Sequence record: ON528735
DNA: 64,000 nucleotides
Strand: one strand, 5' to 3'
DNA from: Shigella phage ESh25
The notes beneath the pieces were generated by a model that made no database searches, was not told the DNA's origin, and worked only from the letters and a program-made list of their open reading frames with translations. Of the stretch, positions 1-9,199 are shown in pieces. The position numbers and the translations under genes were made by a program. Positions within the stretch are counted from its first letter, which is position 1; each line of letters begins with the position of its first letter.

Positions 1-330
1 AAAATGATATAATGCAATAAACCACAATGGAATATAATTTTCAATTCGTGAATAATCTTTATTCCATTTAGTTTTAATAACATCATTAGCATTTTCAACT
101 AATAACTTATCATCGTGTGGAATAGGAATACTTTCATGGCTTTCATAATTATCGCTATGATGATGAAATGATGATGAATTAATACCACAAAATTTTAACC
201 AAGTTCGAGTTTTCATAGAATCAAATCCACGATAAGGAGTCGATTGGACGCATAACTCTTGCCTAATTTTCATTATACCACTATCATCATTTAATGCGCT
301 AAACGATGATTCAACACGATAAATTTTCAT
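1..330 (-). CDS. hypothetical early protein, N-terminal part only (gene runs past window start)
   Basis: Open frame from ATG at ~330 to position 1 with no stop; early promoter just upstream; not in ORF track because incomplete. Confidence 0.45.
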   Translation of the reverse strand, partial: MKIYRVESSFSALNDDSGIMKIRQELCVQSTPYRGFDSMKTRTWLKFCGINSSSFHHHSDNYESHESIPIPHDDKLLVENANDVIKTKWNKDYSRIENYIPLWFIALYHF

Positions 331-357
331 TTTATTATCCTCAGTAGCTATGGTGTT

Positions 358-387
358 ATAATACCACAACTAACCGAGGAAGTAAAC
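358..387 (-). promoter_or_regulatory. early promoter (-35 GTTTAC, -10 TATTAT on minus strand)
   Basis: Motif pair read on minus strand with ~17 nt spacer, followed by SD and ATG at 330. Confidence 0.5.
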
Positions 388-393
388 AACTTT

Positions 394-1077
394 TTATCGT
401 TTTGTTGGAAGAGATAGAGGATCGCATTCTTCCTCTGACGGAGCATCTTCAAGACCCATAGCATATCGCAAAGCATACTTCATCATCAGAATGTCTTTCG
501 CACAGTCATGAATAGAATCATGCGCAACGAATCCATCTAAAGTTCCCTTTGGAAGAGGACATGTGGTCATATCACGAACAAGCAGAAGTGCTTCAATTCT
601 GGTACGAATATCACGCTGATTCCAAAATTTACATGGTTCTAACTTAAATGTGTCAAGCTCATTCTCAGATACACCATTAAGACGCTGAATATCACGAATG
701 AGATCGACTAAAATTGGAAAATCAAATGACATTCCACGACACCAGCCTTGAGATTTCCAAGGATCGATATTATGTGCATTAATGTAATCATTAAATTTTG
801 CAATACCATCGATAGTGCTTACATCTTCATCGGATGGTGCAATATTTTTTCTAGCTTCAGGAGATTGATTCTTCCACCATTCGATAGTGCTTTTAGTAAA
901 AAGACGATGTCCTTTTTGGCTTTTTAAATCAAATTTGATTTTAATGCCACGTGAAACTAATTCATCAAATGTTTCAACTACTTCTGGGTTAGGGTCAAAA
1001 GCAATTACAGCCAAATCAATAACCGCTGCTTTTTCACCGCTTCCCATTGTTTCAAAATCTATAATAAAATCAAACAT
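394..1077 (-). CDS. dexA: exonuclease A (DexA)
   Basis: 227 aa; sequence recognised as T4 DexA; synteny next to dda. Confidence 0.9.
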   Translation of the reverse strand: MFDFIIDFETMGSGEKAAVIDLAVIAFDPNPEVVETFDELVSRGIKIKFDLKSQKGHRLFTKSTIEWWKNQSPEARKNIAPSDEDVSTIDGIAKFNDYINAHNIDPWKSQGWCRGMSFDFPILVDLIRDIQRLNGVSENELDTFKLEPCKFWNQRDIRTRIEALLLVRDMTTCPLPKGTLDGFVAHDSIHDCAKDILMMKYALRYAMGLEDAPSEEECDPLSLPTKR

Positions 1078-1334
1078 TAAATTTTCCTCGCTAAATCACG
1101 AATTTGACCTACAGTATAGTCTTGAATATAAACTTTATTGATAGGTTCATCAATAAATTTTGCCATAGATTCAATATCTTTTTGCATCTCTTCAAGACTG
1201 TATACTATCTTTAAAGCTTTTTCGCGAATAGTAACATTATCAGGTCCTGAATTTTCTTGAATGACAGCTTTAACATTTGCCATAAGAGATTTAAACTGGT
1301 ACCAACTCAACTCAATCATTAATAATCGCCTCAT
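1077..1334 (-). CDS. hypothetical protein (dexA.1-like position)
   Basis: 85 aa ORF, stop-start overlap with dexA; start unverified. Confidence 0.55.
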   Translation of the reverse strand: MRRLLMIELSWYQFKSLMANVKAVIQENSGPDNVTIREKALKIVYSLEEMQKDIESMAKFIDEPINKVYIQDYTVGQIRDLARKI

Positions 1335-1572
1335 AAAGATAGCTAATTTCGCCTAAAACATAATCACTGATTGTGACAGTTTTCACTTCACCACAAAAGA
1401 ATTCTAACGCAATTAAATCTCGTTCAATTTCTTCTAATTGAAGCATCAACTTACTAGATTCAATTTTTACAGTTTCACGATTTTTACCATGAGCAATTTC
1501 ATAAATTTCGCTAACTTTATCCTGAAGAAGATAAAACTGATCTTTAGTTATTTCCACGAATAGCTTCCTCAA
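1312..1572 (-). CDS. hypothetical protein (dexA.2-like position)
   Basis: 86 aa ORF in same-strand operon; start unverified. Confidence 0.5.
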   Translation of the reverse strand: MRKLFVEITKDQFYLLQDKVSEIYEIAHGKNRETVKIESSKLMLQLEEIERDLIALEFFCGEVKTVTISDYVLGEISYLYEAIIND

Positions 1573-1804
1573 ATTTAATTAGTAATTTACAGACACTTTC
1601 ATCTAGTGTAATTACCGTATCTGTATTACTGTGATATGATTGTTTTTCAATTCGTTTAATTGCTAATATAGTATCACTTATAAGATAAAGCTTGTGAAGG
1701 AGCTCAGCTCCTGTTACCATAACATCGAGATTATCTTGCTTATTAGTATGCTTCCTTATACCATCTATTAGACGATTTAAATATTTTGAATTGATGTTAA
1801 TCAT
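1544..1804 (-). CDS. hypothetical protein
   Basis: 86 aa ORF between dda and dexA. Confidence 0.5.
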   Translation of the reverse strand: MININSKYLNRLIDGIRKHTNKQDNLDVMVTGAELLHKLYLISDTILAIKRIEKQSYHSNTDTVITLDESVCKLLIKFEEAIRGNN

Positions 1805-1810
1805 ATAGCC

Positions 1811-3130
1811 TCACACATAAAACACATCATAACGACCACGGGTAACACCAACATAAAGAAGTTGTTGGGCCAATTCAGCATCTGCATAATGAATACAAGG
1901 CGTATAAATGAAAGCACGGTCTACAGACATACCCTGAGCTTTATGGAATGTTGATGCAGGAAGTGCTTTCACTTTACTAAACTGTGATTTAGCATCCCAA
2001 AAATCACTCCACGGAGCTTTTCCGCCTTTGTTCCAATTTTTATAAGTTTCTGCTGTTTTACCTAAAAACAGGTTAAACTTATATAGCTCTTCATCAGATG
2101 AAATTATTTTAATCTTTTCACGATAATATTCATCATCGCCGTAAGTTTCTACTGTTAAATCCCAATGACGAATTAAGTATTCTCCAGGAACACCACGGGC
2201 TTTAACAAACGTTGATGTATACTCTGCTTCTATAATACGAACTAATTGTCCGTTATTAAAAATAATTTCTGACACAGGCTTTCCATCAATTTTATATGTT
2301 TTAATTAATGGTTCCTGCATTACAATAATTTCACCGACAATAAAATCTTTATCAGTTTCAAAAATCTTTTTACGAATAATGCTATTTAACTTATCAACAG
2401 ATTTATTCGTAAATGCCATCACACGATTTTCAAACAAATCATCTAATGATTTAACAATTGAAAAATAATTTACCATAAAATCGCGTAAAGCGGTATCACC
2501 AGTAAATCCACGTACTCCATGCCCGTCAACAACTTTATCATAAATCCACTTACCGTTACGAACGTCAGTAGCTACATCAATAATAGGAGCATTACTGCGT
2601 TTAACTTCAGTGAGTTCACACTGATAAAAATCTTTATGTGTAAAGAATGGACTGATATAAGCAGTATTTTCTCCTGGGTCAACAGGTCTAATTTGCTTAT
2701 TATCCCCTATTCCAATTATAGTACACCACGGCGGGATAGTTGAAAGCAGAATTTTAAATAGCTTTCTATCATACATTGACACTTCATCGCAGATTAATAC
2801 CCTGCATTTAGCTAAATCTGGTACTTCTTTTTGTTCAAAAAGAACGTTTTCTTCATATGTTACCGGGTTAATTTTAAGAATACTGTGAATAGTACTCGCT
2901 TCTTTCCCCGACAGTTTTGAAAGAATCTTTTTAGCTGCATGAGTAGGAGCTGCTAAAATAATACCAGTTTCACCCGTAGATATTAAAGCTTCAATGATGA
3001 ACTTAGTAAGAGTAGTCTTACCAGTACCAGCAGGTCCATTAATAGTTACATGATGTTTCTTTTCTTTAATAGCCCTCATAACAATGTTAAAGGCATTTTT
3101 CTGGCCTTCGGTCAAATCATCAAATGTCAT
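1811..3130 (-). CDS. dda: Dda DNA helicase (SF1B)
   Basis: 439 aa; Walker A GPAGTGKT; near-identical to T4 Dda as I recall it. Confidence 0.95.
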   Translation of the reverse strand: MTFDDLTEGQKNAFNIVMRAIKEKKHHVTINGPAGTGKTTLTKFIIEALISTGETGIILAAPTHAAKKILSKLSGKEASTIHSILKINPVTYEENVLFEQKEVPDLAKCRVLICDEVSMYDRKLFKILLSTIPPWCTIIGIGDNKQIRPVDPGENTAYISPFFTHKDFYQCELTEVKRSNAPIIDVATDVRNGKWIYDKVVDGHGVRGFTGDTALRDFMVNYFSIVKSLDDLFENRVMAFTNKSVDKLNSIIRKKIFETDKDFIVGEIIVMQEPLIKTYKIDGKPVSEIIFNNGQLVRIIEAEYTSTFVKARGVPGEYLIRHWDLTVETYGDDEYYREKIKIISSDEELYKFNLFLGKTAETYKNWNKGGKAPWSDFWDAKSQFSKVKALPASTFHKAQGMSVDRAFIYTPCIHYADAELAQQLLYVGVTRGRYDVFYV

Positions 3131-3438
3131 CGGAAAGTCCCTGCAATTGGAATACTAACAATACGCCCAGTATCTAAAATTCGCTGATATAATCTTTGTG
3201 TGTCTACGTCAGGCTTAACATGTTTAACTTCTATTTTATTAAACCAAAATTTACGTGGAGTCTCAACTAATCTTGGAATTCCTTTACCTAAAGCTAGTCG
3301 ATACTGCTCTTTAAGAGTGGTAAATACTTTATCAGCAATCTTCCATTCAAAAAATACAGCAGGACGATGTTCATCAAGCGGAACTGGCGCCGTAAATCCG
3401 TCTTTGTCTCGGTAAACTATCGCATATACATAAACCAT
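3127..3438 (-). CDS. hypothetical protein (dda.1 position)
   Basis: 103 aa ORF overlapping dda start by 4 nt. Confidence 0.55.
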   Translation of the reverse strand: MVYVYAIVYRDKDGFTAPVPLDEHRPAVFFEWKIADKVFTTLKEQYRLALGKGIPRLVETPRKFWFNKIEVKHVKPDVDTQRLYQRILDTGRIVSIPIAGTFR

Positions 3439-3439
3439 A

Positions 3440-4186
3440 TTATCCTCGGATAAGTTTAAAAATTGAACAATTTAGCGGGTATCCTCTTTTCAGTTTAAGT
3501 TTATCAATAAAAGACAAGTTTTGATACCGCTCTACACCTTGAATAATTTTATCACACATGTCATATTGCATTTCTGCTTCTGACAACTTTTTCACAGTTT
3601 TCCAATCCGAGCCTTTAAGAAGAACGTTCAATTTAACAACTTCAGCGCCTTCTGCTATGCGAGAACCATCAATACGAGCTTTAAGTGCTATAATCGTTAG
3701 CTTAACGTCAGAAGTTTGTTTTGATTTAGAAAGCTGAGAAATGTGTTCAATTCGATTTTCACGTTTTTTCTGTATAGCTTTAATTTGATTATAAGTCTTT
3801 TTGATTTTAGCCCATTTCTTTTCATCTAAATTTAGTTTATGAACTTTTTTCGCAGATGAACGACCAATTCGCAAAGCAAATAAATCACGCTTTTCAATCA
3901 ACTCTTCTAAAGTATAATCAGAACGAAATGTATTATACTTTTTCTTTACTGCAATAACATTCCCTTTAATGTATCCAACGTTATTATCAAAACGTTCTAA
4001 TGATAATTTCTCTCCTTCAATACGATTATCAAAAGGTTCTCCCGAGTAAGCGCAAACTTTCTGATCTAAAATGTTCTTAATGTAATTGAAGTCTAAGTTA
4101 AAATCTTTAGAACGTCTTTTAGCAGATGCCTGAGTGTGCTCTAAACGACGTTTAATTTTACGAATTTGATTATTAGACAGTTTCAT
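3440..4186 (-). CDS. basic, Lys/Arg-rich protein; possibly Srd-like
   Basis: 248 aa; position between modA and dda where T4 has srd; assignment by synteny only. Confidence 0.45.
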   Translation of the reverse strand: MKLSNNQIRKIKRRLEHTQASAKRRSKDFNLDFNYIKNILDQKVCAYSGEPFDNRIEGEKLSLERFDNNVGYIKGNVIAVKKKYNTFRSDYTLEELIEKRDLFALRIGRSSAKKVHKLNLDEKKWAKIKKTYNQIKAIQKKRENRIEHISQLSKSKQTSDVKLTIIALKARIDGSRIAEGAEVVKLNVLLKGSDWKTVKKLSEAEMQYDMCDKIIQGVERYQNLSFIDKLKLKRGYPLNCSIFKLIRG

Positions 4187-4306
4187 ATTTTTCTCACATC
4201 TTACGGACGATTTAATACTTACTATAACATTTTTACCTTAACTTGTAAACAACTTTATGTAAAATGCTTTAAAAATTTCATGGTATAATGAATCTAAGTC
4301 CTTCCA

Positions 4307-4909
4307 TTATAGATTAAATCCTTCAAAATCAAGAGTATAGATAGTGTATGTTGAATACTTTTTATACTCATATCTATCTGCAATTCTAAATACACTTCCA
4401 GCTGGTATCATTACTTCTTGTTCATCTGAAACTAATTCCATATTACGATAACGATGGCTATCCGGAAACTTAAAGTTTGGATTGTATTCTTTACAGCGTA
4501 GAGCTTTTATAGCATACTCCTGGAAATTGAATACCATAGGAGCTTTGAATTCAAAAATAACTTGTGTGTTATACTCTAAACCGGAAGCAAAATGTAGAGC
4601 TATATTTTTATCATATGAAGCTGATACGACTTTATCAAATGTAATAATATCAATTCCTTGATTTAATACTTGCTTAGTCTCAGCTGGAACACCTCTCCAA
4701 AGAGGTTTATCGTTTGGAACCAAACGAGATTTGATTATTTCATTTAACCAAGTATGGTCATCTGGCTTATTAGTAATACAATGAATTAAAAGTTCAATTT
4801 CAGATAAATTAAACCCTTCAGAAAGCAATTCTTCACGAATAGAAGCACGCACCGATGCATCCATTGATTTTATTTTAAAATCTTTTAGTTGCATTACTGA
4901 GTATTTCAT
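4307..4909 (-). CDS. modA: ADP-ribosyltransferase ModA
   Basis: 200 aa; R...S...E(xE) ART-like motifs (LWRG, SASYD, EQEVMIP); paralog of adjacent ORF; T4 synteny. Confidence 0.75.
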   Translation of the reverse strand: MKYSVMQLKDFKIKSMDASVRASIREELLSEGFNLSEIELLIHCITNKPDDHTWLNEIIKSRLVPNDKPLWRGVPAETKQVLNQGIDIITFDKVVSASYDKNIALHFASGLEYNTQVIFEFKAPMVFNFQEYAIKALRCKEYNPNFKFPDSHRYRNMELVSDEQEVMIPAGSVFRIADRYEYKKYSTYTIYTLDFEGFNL

Positions 4910-5529
4910 TCAACTACCTCAATATCATAAACTTTAAATGTTCCAAATGAATCGTGTAATTTTTCTTTTGAAATAGAAGTTATTCTATACTTTCCAATTG
5001 GAATCATCCATTCTTGTTCATGTACAATCATCATTAAGTTATCAGTTCTTTCTGAATCTAACCCATCAGTATCTTCATACGTGTACTTAAACTCAGTATT
5101 AGGAGAAGAAAGTATAATATCGCTGATATGGTCAGAATAATTAAAAGCTTTATCAGTTTTTAAGCGAAGTACTATTTCAGTGAAATATTCAGCATAAGAA
5201 AAAGAACACGCTGTATGCAAACTAGTAGTAAATGAATCTACCCTGTTCGTTGAAAACACTTCTCCAACTTGCAAATCTTTAATAAGTTCTTTTGTCGATT
5301 TTGATATACCACGATATAATTGATAAGGCGATTTAGTTAAATGCTTTTTAATGATTTTATTCAACTGTCTGTGAAGAGCTTCATTCTTTTTTGCTTCCAT
5401 ACATTGCCAAAGAACAGACTGCTCAAAATCAGTAAATTTTTCACAGACCTTTTTATACATATCATATTGAAAATCAACGCTTTCAGCTTTTATAGATAAC
5501 TGTTCAACATCTGCAGGATTAATAATCAT
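4906..5529 (-). CDS. modB: ADP-ribosyltransferase ModB
   Basis: 207 aa; LYRG, FSTNR, EQEWMIP motifs; ATGA overlap with modA. Confidence 0.75.
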   Translation of the reverse strand: MIINPADVEQLSIKAESVDFQYDMYKKVCEKFTDFEQSVLWQCMEAKKNEALHRQLNKIIKKHLTKSPYQLYRGISKSTKELIKDLQVGEVFSTNRVDSFTTSLHTACSFSYAEYFTEIVLRLKTDKAFNYSDHISDIILSSPNTEFKYTYEDTDGLDSERTDNLMMIVHEQEWMIPIGKYRITSISKEKLHDSFGTFKVYDIEVVE

Positions 5530-5596
5530 GATAGCCTCCGTATACTTCAGAAGCTATCATATCATCGTTAGAAAGGAAAGTAAACAACTTTTTGAA

Positions 5597-5779
5597 TTAT
5601 TTTGCCCAGGGAGCCCAAGGCGGAGGGTCAAGATGGTATGAAGCTAGTTCTTCTAGAAGAGCATCTGGGGCTTCAATTCCATAATTCTGTAATACTATAC
5701 GGTACTCTTTCTTATAATCACTAGAATCATTCTGGATATTCGTAGAATGATTATCTTCTAACATCTCAAATAAATCCAT
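5597..5779 (-). CDS. hypothetical acidic protein
   Basis: 60 aa ORF. Confidence 0.4.
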   Translation of the reverse strand: MDLFEMLEDNHSTNIQNDSSDYKKEYRIVLQNYGIEAPDALLEELASYHLDPPPWAPWAK

Positions 5780-5787
5780 ATTAATTC

Positions 5788-6069
5788 CTAGCGATAAAAA
5801 CCAAATTGACGATTAGCTTCAATAATCTTTCTTTCTTCTTCGGACATTCTCCAGCGTAGTCCAACATCAAAATGAGCCCAGACCATCCTAACAAATGCAT
5901 TTATATCTTTAATATCTTCAATAATGAATGTTTTACTTTTAGAAGGTTGACTCGCTAATTTAACTTTATCGTCTTCAAACATGTCAAAAAGACCATATTC
6001 ATGAGCTCTTTTATAACCTTTAATAGTTAAAGCTTCAGAAGAAGAAAATGGTGAATCTGTATTCTGCAA
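5788..6069 (-). CDS. hypothetical protein
   Basis: 93 aa ORF. Confidence 0.5.
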   Translation of the reverse strand: MQNTDSPFSSSEALTIKGYKRAHEYGLFDMFEDDKVKLASQPSKSKTFIIEDIKDINAFVRMVWAHFDVGLRWRMSEEERKIIEANRQFGFYR

Positions 6070-6410
6070 AATATCTTCAGTATGCTTTATAATTAGAATA
6101 ACATTTTCTGGATATTTTCTTTCTTTTATATCTTTAATTAAAATATCCGGATTTTCTGCTAAAGGAATAATTAACGAGCATTTTTATCAAGTGTATTTAC
6201 TGATTTACCTTCTTTAGACATAAATCCTATTGAATACAGTTTTGCTACTTCAATCATGTGATTTCCTCTTGCCTACTAATGGACCACCAGGAATTTTGTT
6301 TTCCTGGATATATTTCTCATTTTCTTCCATCATTTTACTACCAATTTTAAGAAGCAAATCCATTGCTTCATTTGCTTTTGCTTTGGCCTCTTCTAACGTC
6401 ATATCTTTGC

Positions 6411-6614
6411 TCATGATTTATCACCGTAAATATCTCTCATTAATTTAAGAGCTGAGCGCTCTAATTTCTTTTCTTTCTCAGCACTAATCATTGATTTCAT
6501 CCATTCTTCCGATTCGTTCTGCATTTCTTTATTTGCCTGTTCAACCCAACCATCATCAATATACATTGAGTTTGGTCTATTGAACCATTCAAGCATTTTC
6601 TTCAGAACTTTCAT
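6411..6614 (-). CDS. hypothetical protein
   Basis: 67 aa ORF. Confidence 0.4.
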   Translation of the reverse strand: MKVLKKMLEWFNRPNSMYIDDGWVEQANKEMQNESEEWMKSMISAEKEKKLERSALKLMRDIYGDKS

Positions 6615-7086
6615 TTGTTTTACCTAAAACAATAGTAGGAGCATCGTCAAATTCATGAATTTTTAGCAATTTTGGATTTAAATTATTCCATACATAATAA
6701 ATAAAGTATGATAAAGCATCTTCACTCGCAATTATAAATTTATTTCCTTCATTTATTTTCCAGTCATATACTGAATCGTACGAATAAAAAGATAAAGGAT
6801 TACCATTATATTGTTCTGCGCTAACATTAATGTATTCGGATTTAGTAAATGCTTCAATTGCTCTAAACGGACTATTTGGCACAGTTTCAATAATTCCGAT
6901 CTTTTTAAGTTTTATTTCAACATCTTCTGGAACTGGCATTGAAACGAAATTTTCTACGAGATACATAGGGTTACAATAACCCTTATCAATCACTACGGCT
7001 ACAGTAATTGGAACATCTTTAGCAAACGACATGCTATTACTGCTAATATACATTTCAAACAAAATCGCTTCCATAATTTTCCTCAA
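6589..7086 (-). CDS. hypothetical protein
   Basis: 165 aa ORF. Confidence 0.5.
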   Translation of the reverse strand: MRKIMEAILFEMYISSNSMSFAKDVPITVAVVIDKGYCNPMYLVENFVSMPVPEDVEIKLKKIGIIETVPNSPFRAIEAFTKSEYINVSAEQYNGNPLSFYSYDSVYDWKINEGNKFIIASEDALSYFIYYVWNNLNPKLLKIHEFDDAPTIVLGKTNESSEENA

Positions 7087-7424
7087 TCACAAGATGTAGA
7101 TGAACAACTAGAATCACAAGAACTTCCACATGAATCACCTGCCCATACATGAACAGGAACATTGGTGTCATATGAATCAGAACTAGACTGTGTATTCTGT
7201 GCATTAGATGATATAGTAGGTACTGACCAGTGCCAAGGATTTTTATAATATTCTTGGGCTTCTTCATAAGTCATAGTAACTGCTTCTACTGTTCCATCTC
7301 CCATATAAACATATTCAACTACAGTTAAAGGAAGATAGTCATTTGAAATAGGAACTACACCTTCTCCCGGAGTTGTAGAGAAAAAATCTGTAAAGAAATT
7401 TTTAAACCAATTAAAGATAAACAT
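7083..7424 (-). CDS. hypothetical protein with hydrophobic N-terminus and Cys/Ser-rich C-terminal tail
   Basis: 113 aa; C-terminus [18 protein letters not shown]. Confidence 0.5.
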   Translation of the reverse strand: MFIFNWFKNFFTDFFSTTPGEGVVPISNDYLPLTVVEYVYMGDGTVEAVTMTYEEAQEYYKNPWHWSVPTISSNAQNTQSSSDSYDTNVPVHVWAGDSCGSSCDSSCSSTSCD

Positions 7425-7636
7425 TACAAAAAGCCTCTTTGAAATTCGACTCTTTGAAATCCACCCCAGTCAGTATATCGCATTTCAGCATTGAACTCGA
7501 CTGAACCATCTGCATGCATCATGAATGAATGCGTGACGACATCACAATCCCAGCTTTTCATACCCCATTTATCAGAGATAGCTTTATCAAGAACCTTCTG
7601 AAGGTCTTCATTTGGTTTAATCCAACGATTTAACAT
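7424..7636 (-). CDS. hypothetical protein
   Basis: 70 aa ORF with early promoter upstream. Confidence 0.5.
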   Translation of the reverse strand: MLNRWIKPNEDLQKVLDKAISDKWGMKSWDCDVVTHSFMMHADGSVEFNAEMRYTDWGGFQRVEFQRGFL

Positions 7637-7662
7637 AGTGTTCTCCTCTATAAGATATTTTT

Positions 7663-7692
7663 ATTATACCACACTCATTTTGACATGTAAAC
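7663..7692 (-). promoter_or_regulatory. early promoter (-35 GTTTAC, -10 TATAAT)
   Basis: Consensus-like hexamers on minus strand upstream of ATG at 7636. Confidence 0.5.
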
Positions 7693-7705
7693 CATAAAAT
7701 GAAAA

Positions 7706-7727
7706 AAGGAATCCCGAAGGATTCCTT
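7706..7727 (-). terminator. intrinsic terminator hairpin (tetraloop)
   Basis: aaggaatcccgaaggattcctt inverted repeat just downstream of soc. Confidence 0.5.
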
Positions 7728-7734
7728 AAATTAT

Positions 7735-7992
7735 TTAACCACCTACACCTGGTGTAGGTGTAACAGTCCAAAGACCTTCATTAGCAGTGATCCATTCAGT
7801 ACGCTGATTTTCTTCATATACTGTAGAATATGCTGCTTTTTCAGAAGGGAATGTCTGATAATGAGCACCAGAAATTTTGTGAACATCAGAATAAAGAGGG
7901 AAAGCTACAGAAATTTCTTTACCCTGAATTGTACCACCATCAACTGCTTGGTCAAATGTTTTGATATTAACATAACCGCGAGTACTAGCCAT
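7735..7992 (-). CDS. soc: small outer capsid protein Soc
   Basis: 85 aa; MASTRGYVNIKTF...SVAFPLYSDVHKISGAHYQTFPSEKAAYSTVYEENQRTEW matches T4 Soc with a few substitutions. Confidence 0.9.
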   Translation of the reverse strand: MASTRGYVNIKTFDQAVDGGTIQGKEISVAFPLYSDVHKISGAHYQTFPSEKAAYSTVYEENQRTEWITANEGLWTVTPTPGVGG

Positions 7993-8008
7993 GTAATTCT
8001 CCTTTTAT

Positions 8009-8218
8009 TTAAATTACATGATTATTTATAATAAATTCTCGCGGAACGTTAAAATACCCGATTTTAGTTAATATAACAACATCGCCGTTAATAATTACCG
8101 GAGAATAATCTTCTGGAGCATTAAATTTCCAATGGGCTCTAATATTATATCCATCAGAACCAAATGCTCGCGTAGCTGGTCTCCCAGCTTTTTGCCATGC
8201 GTAGAAATCAAATTTCAT
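8009..8218 (-). CDS. hypothetical protein
   Basis: 69 aa ORF. Confidence 0.45.
   Translation of the reverse strand: MKFDFYAWQKAGRPATRAFGSDGYNIRAHWKFNAPEDYSPVIINGDVVILTKIGYFNVPREFIINNHVI
8023..8030 (-). promoter_or_regulatory. late promoter TATAAATA upstream of soc
   Basis: TATAAATA on minus strand ~30 nt upstream of soc ATG; soc is a late gene in T4. Confidence 0.5.
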
Positions 8219-8409
8219 TTTGAATGCTCTATAATTAATTTTAAAGCTTCTTCACTGACAAAAATTTCGTCAGGACCTTCTATAACTTCAACCATACGAA
8301 GTTGATTAGTTAAGAGCTCACATACGAGCTCCTTGTTATAATCTTTAAATAGCTGGTCAATACGTTTCTTATGGGCTTTCTTGAGCTGACGCTTATTTAA
8401 ACGAGCCAT
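8215..8409 (-). CDS. hypothetical basic protein
   Basis: 64 aa ORF, overlaps neighbours by 4 nt. Confidence 0.45.
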   Translation of the reverse strand: MARLNKRQLKKAHKKRIDQLFKDYNKELVCELLTNQLRMVEVIEGPDEIFVSEEALKLIIEHSK

Positions 8410-8927
8410 TAATAACCTCGGTCTTGACGAGCGAAGTTTTCAGCATTTTTCAGGTAATAAAGTTTAAAGATTTCTTCAGCTGACATTCCAAGAGCAATAA
8501 ATTTATTCATGAAAAAGTGAAATTGGTCAATCAGTTCAAATTTAATTTCAAGCTGATCTTCAGGAGATAAATCTTGAATTTTCTTGGATTGCATTTCAGA
8601 ATAACGTTTCTTCCAAGGTTTCCATACAGCAGAAGCTTCTTTTTCACCATTACTCATACCACCAAGAGAAGTATATAGCTCGCGAGTTTCATCTGCGATA
8701 TAATCGTCTTGGTTTCGCAACCAAGCAAGAACTTCTCCTGCAGTTTCAAGTGAATCAGGATGACGATTTGTTTCTGGTTTATCATTAGCCAAACGAATCT
8801 GTAGATGCCGCTGCATGTCAAGCATAACCTGCAGTGGGTCAATATTGTGCATAATATTCTCAGCATATGCACGATTTGCTTTATCAACACCTTCGATCAA
8901 ATGAGCGCATTCATTAAAGTAAGCCAT
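8409..8927 (-). CDS. 56: dCTPase/dUTPase (gp56)
   Basis: Track ORF (203 aa) trimmed to internal ATG giving 171 aa MAYFNECAHL..., the T4 gp56 length; T4 synteny. Confidence 0.8.
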   Translation of the reverse strand: MAYFNECAHLIEGVDKANRAYAENIMHNIDPLQVMLDMQRHLQIRLANDKPETNRHPDSLETAGEVLAWLRNQDDYIADETRELYTSLGGMSNGEKEASAVWKPWKKRYSEMQSKKIQDLSPEDQLEIKFELIDQFHFFMNKFIALGMSAEEIFKLYYLKNAENFARQDRGY

Positions 8928-8998
8928 TATTTTTCCTTTCAATTCATGGGTTAGTAGATTAATTATACAATAAATATATAAAGCAATAAGGAGGACAT

Positions 8999-9199
8999 AT
9001 GGTACAAAAATTAATGGCACTTGTTAATGCCATAAAAGGTAATAAAAAACGTATAGCTTTTACTATTTCTGCTATGGTAGGAATTTTACTCTGGAATTTT
9101 GTTTTATCACCAATTGCTATTGCTCATGGTGTTAATATTCCAGTAGTTACTCTTGATACATTTGTAGATTTAGCATTTGCTTTAGTTGGGTTGATTTAA
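8999..9199 (+). CDS. small two-helix membrane protein (plus strand)
   Basis: 66 aa; strong SD AAGGAGG 6 nt before ATG; hydrophobic segments; the only convincing plus-strand gene in the window. Confidence 0.5.
   Translation: MVQKLMALVNAIKGNKKRIAFTISAMVGILLWNFVLSPIAIAHGVNIPVVTLDTFVDLAFALVGLI

Noticed and set aside
887-1141. Plus-strand ORF (84 aa) antisense to dexA
   Set aside because: Lies entirely inside the well-supported minus-strand dexA gene, with no SD or promoter; typical antisense ORF in AT-rich DNA.
2519-2743. Plus-strand ORFs antisense to dda, and similar ones inside genes 61, 41, uvsX, 43, 44/45, 46 (for example 9728..10015, 11830..12060, 13849..14043, 18510..18797, 22158..22574, 25395..25778)
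   Set aside because: All are embedded in long, recognisable minus-strand genes and lack translation signals.
6230-6448. Plus-strand 72 aa ORF in the modB-soc interval
   Set aside because: Starts at TTG, no SD; the minus strand here carries small ORFs in operon context.
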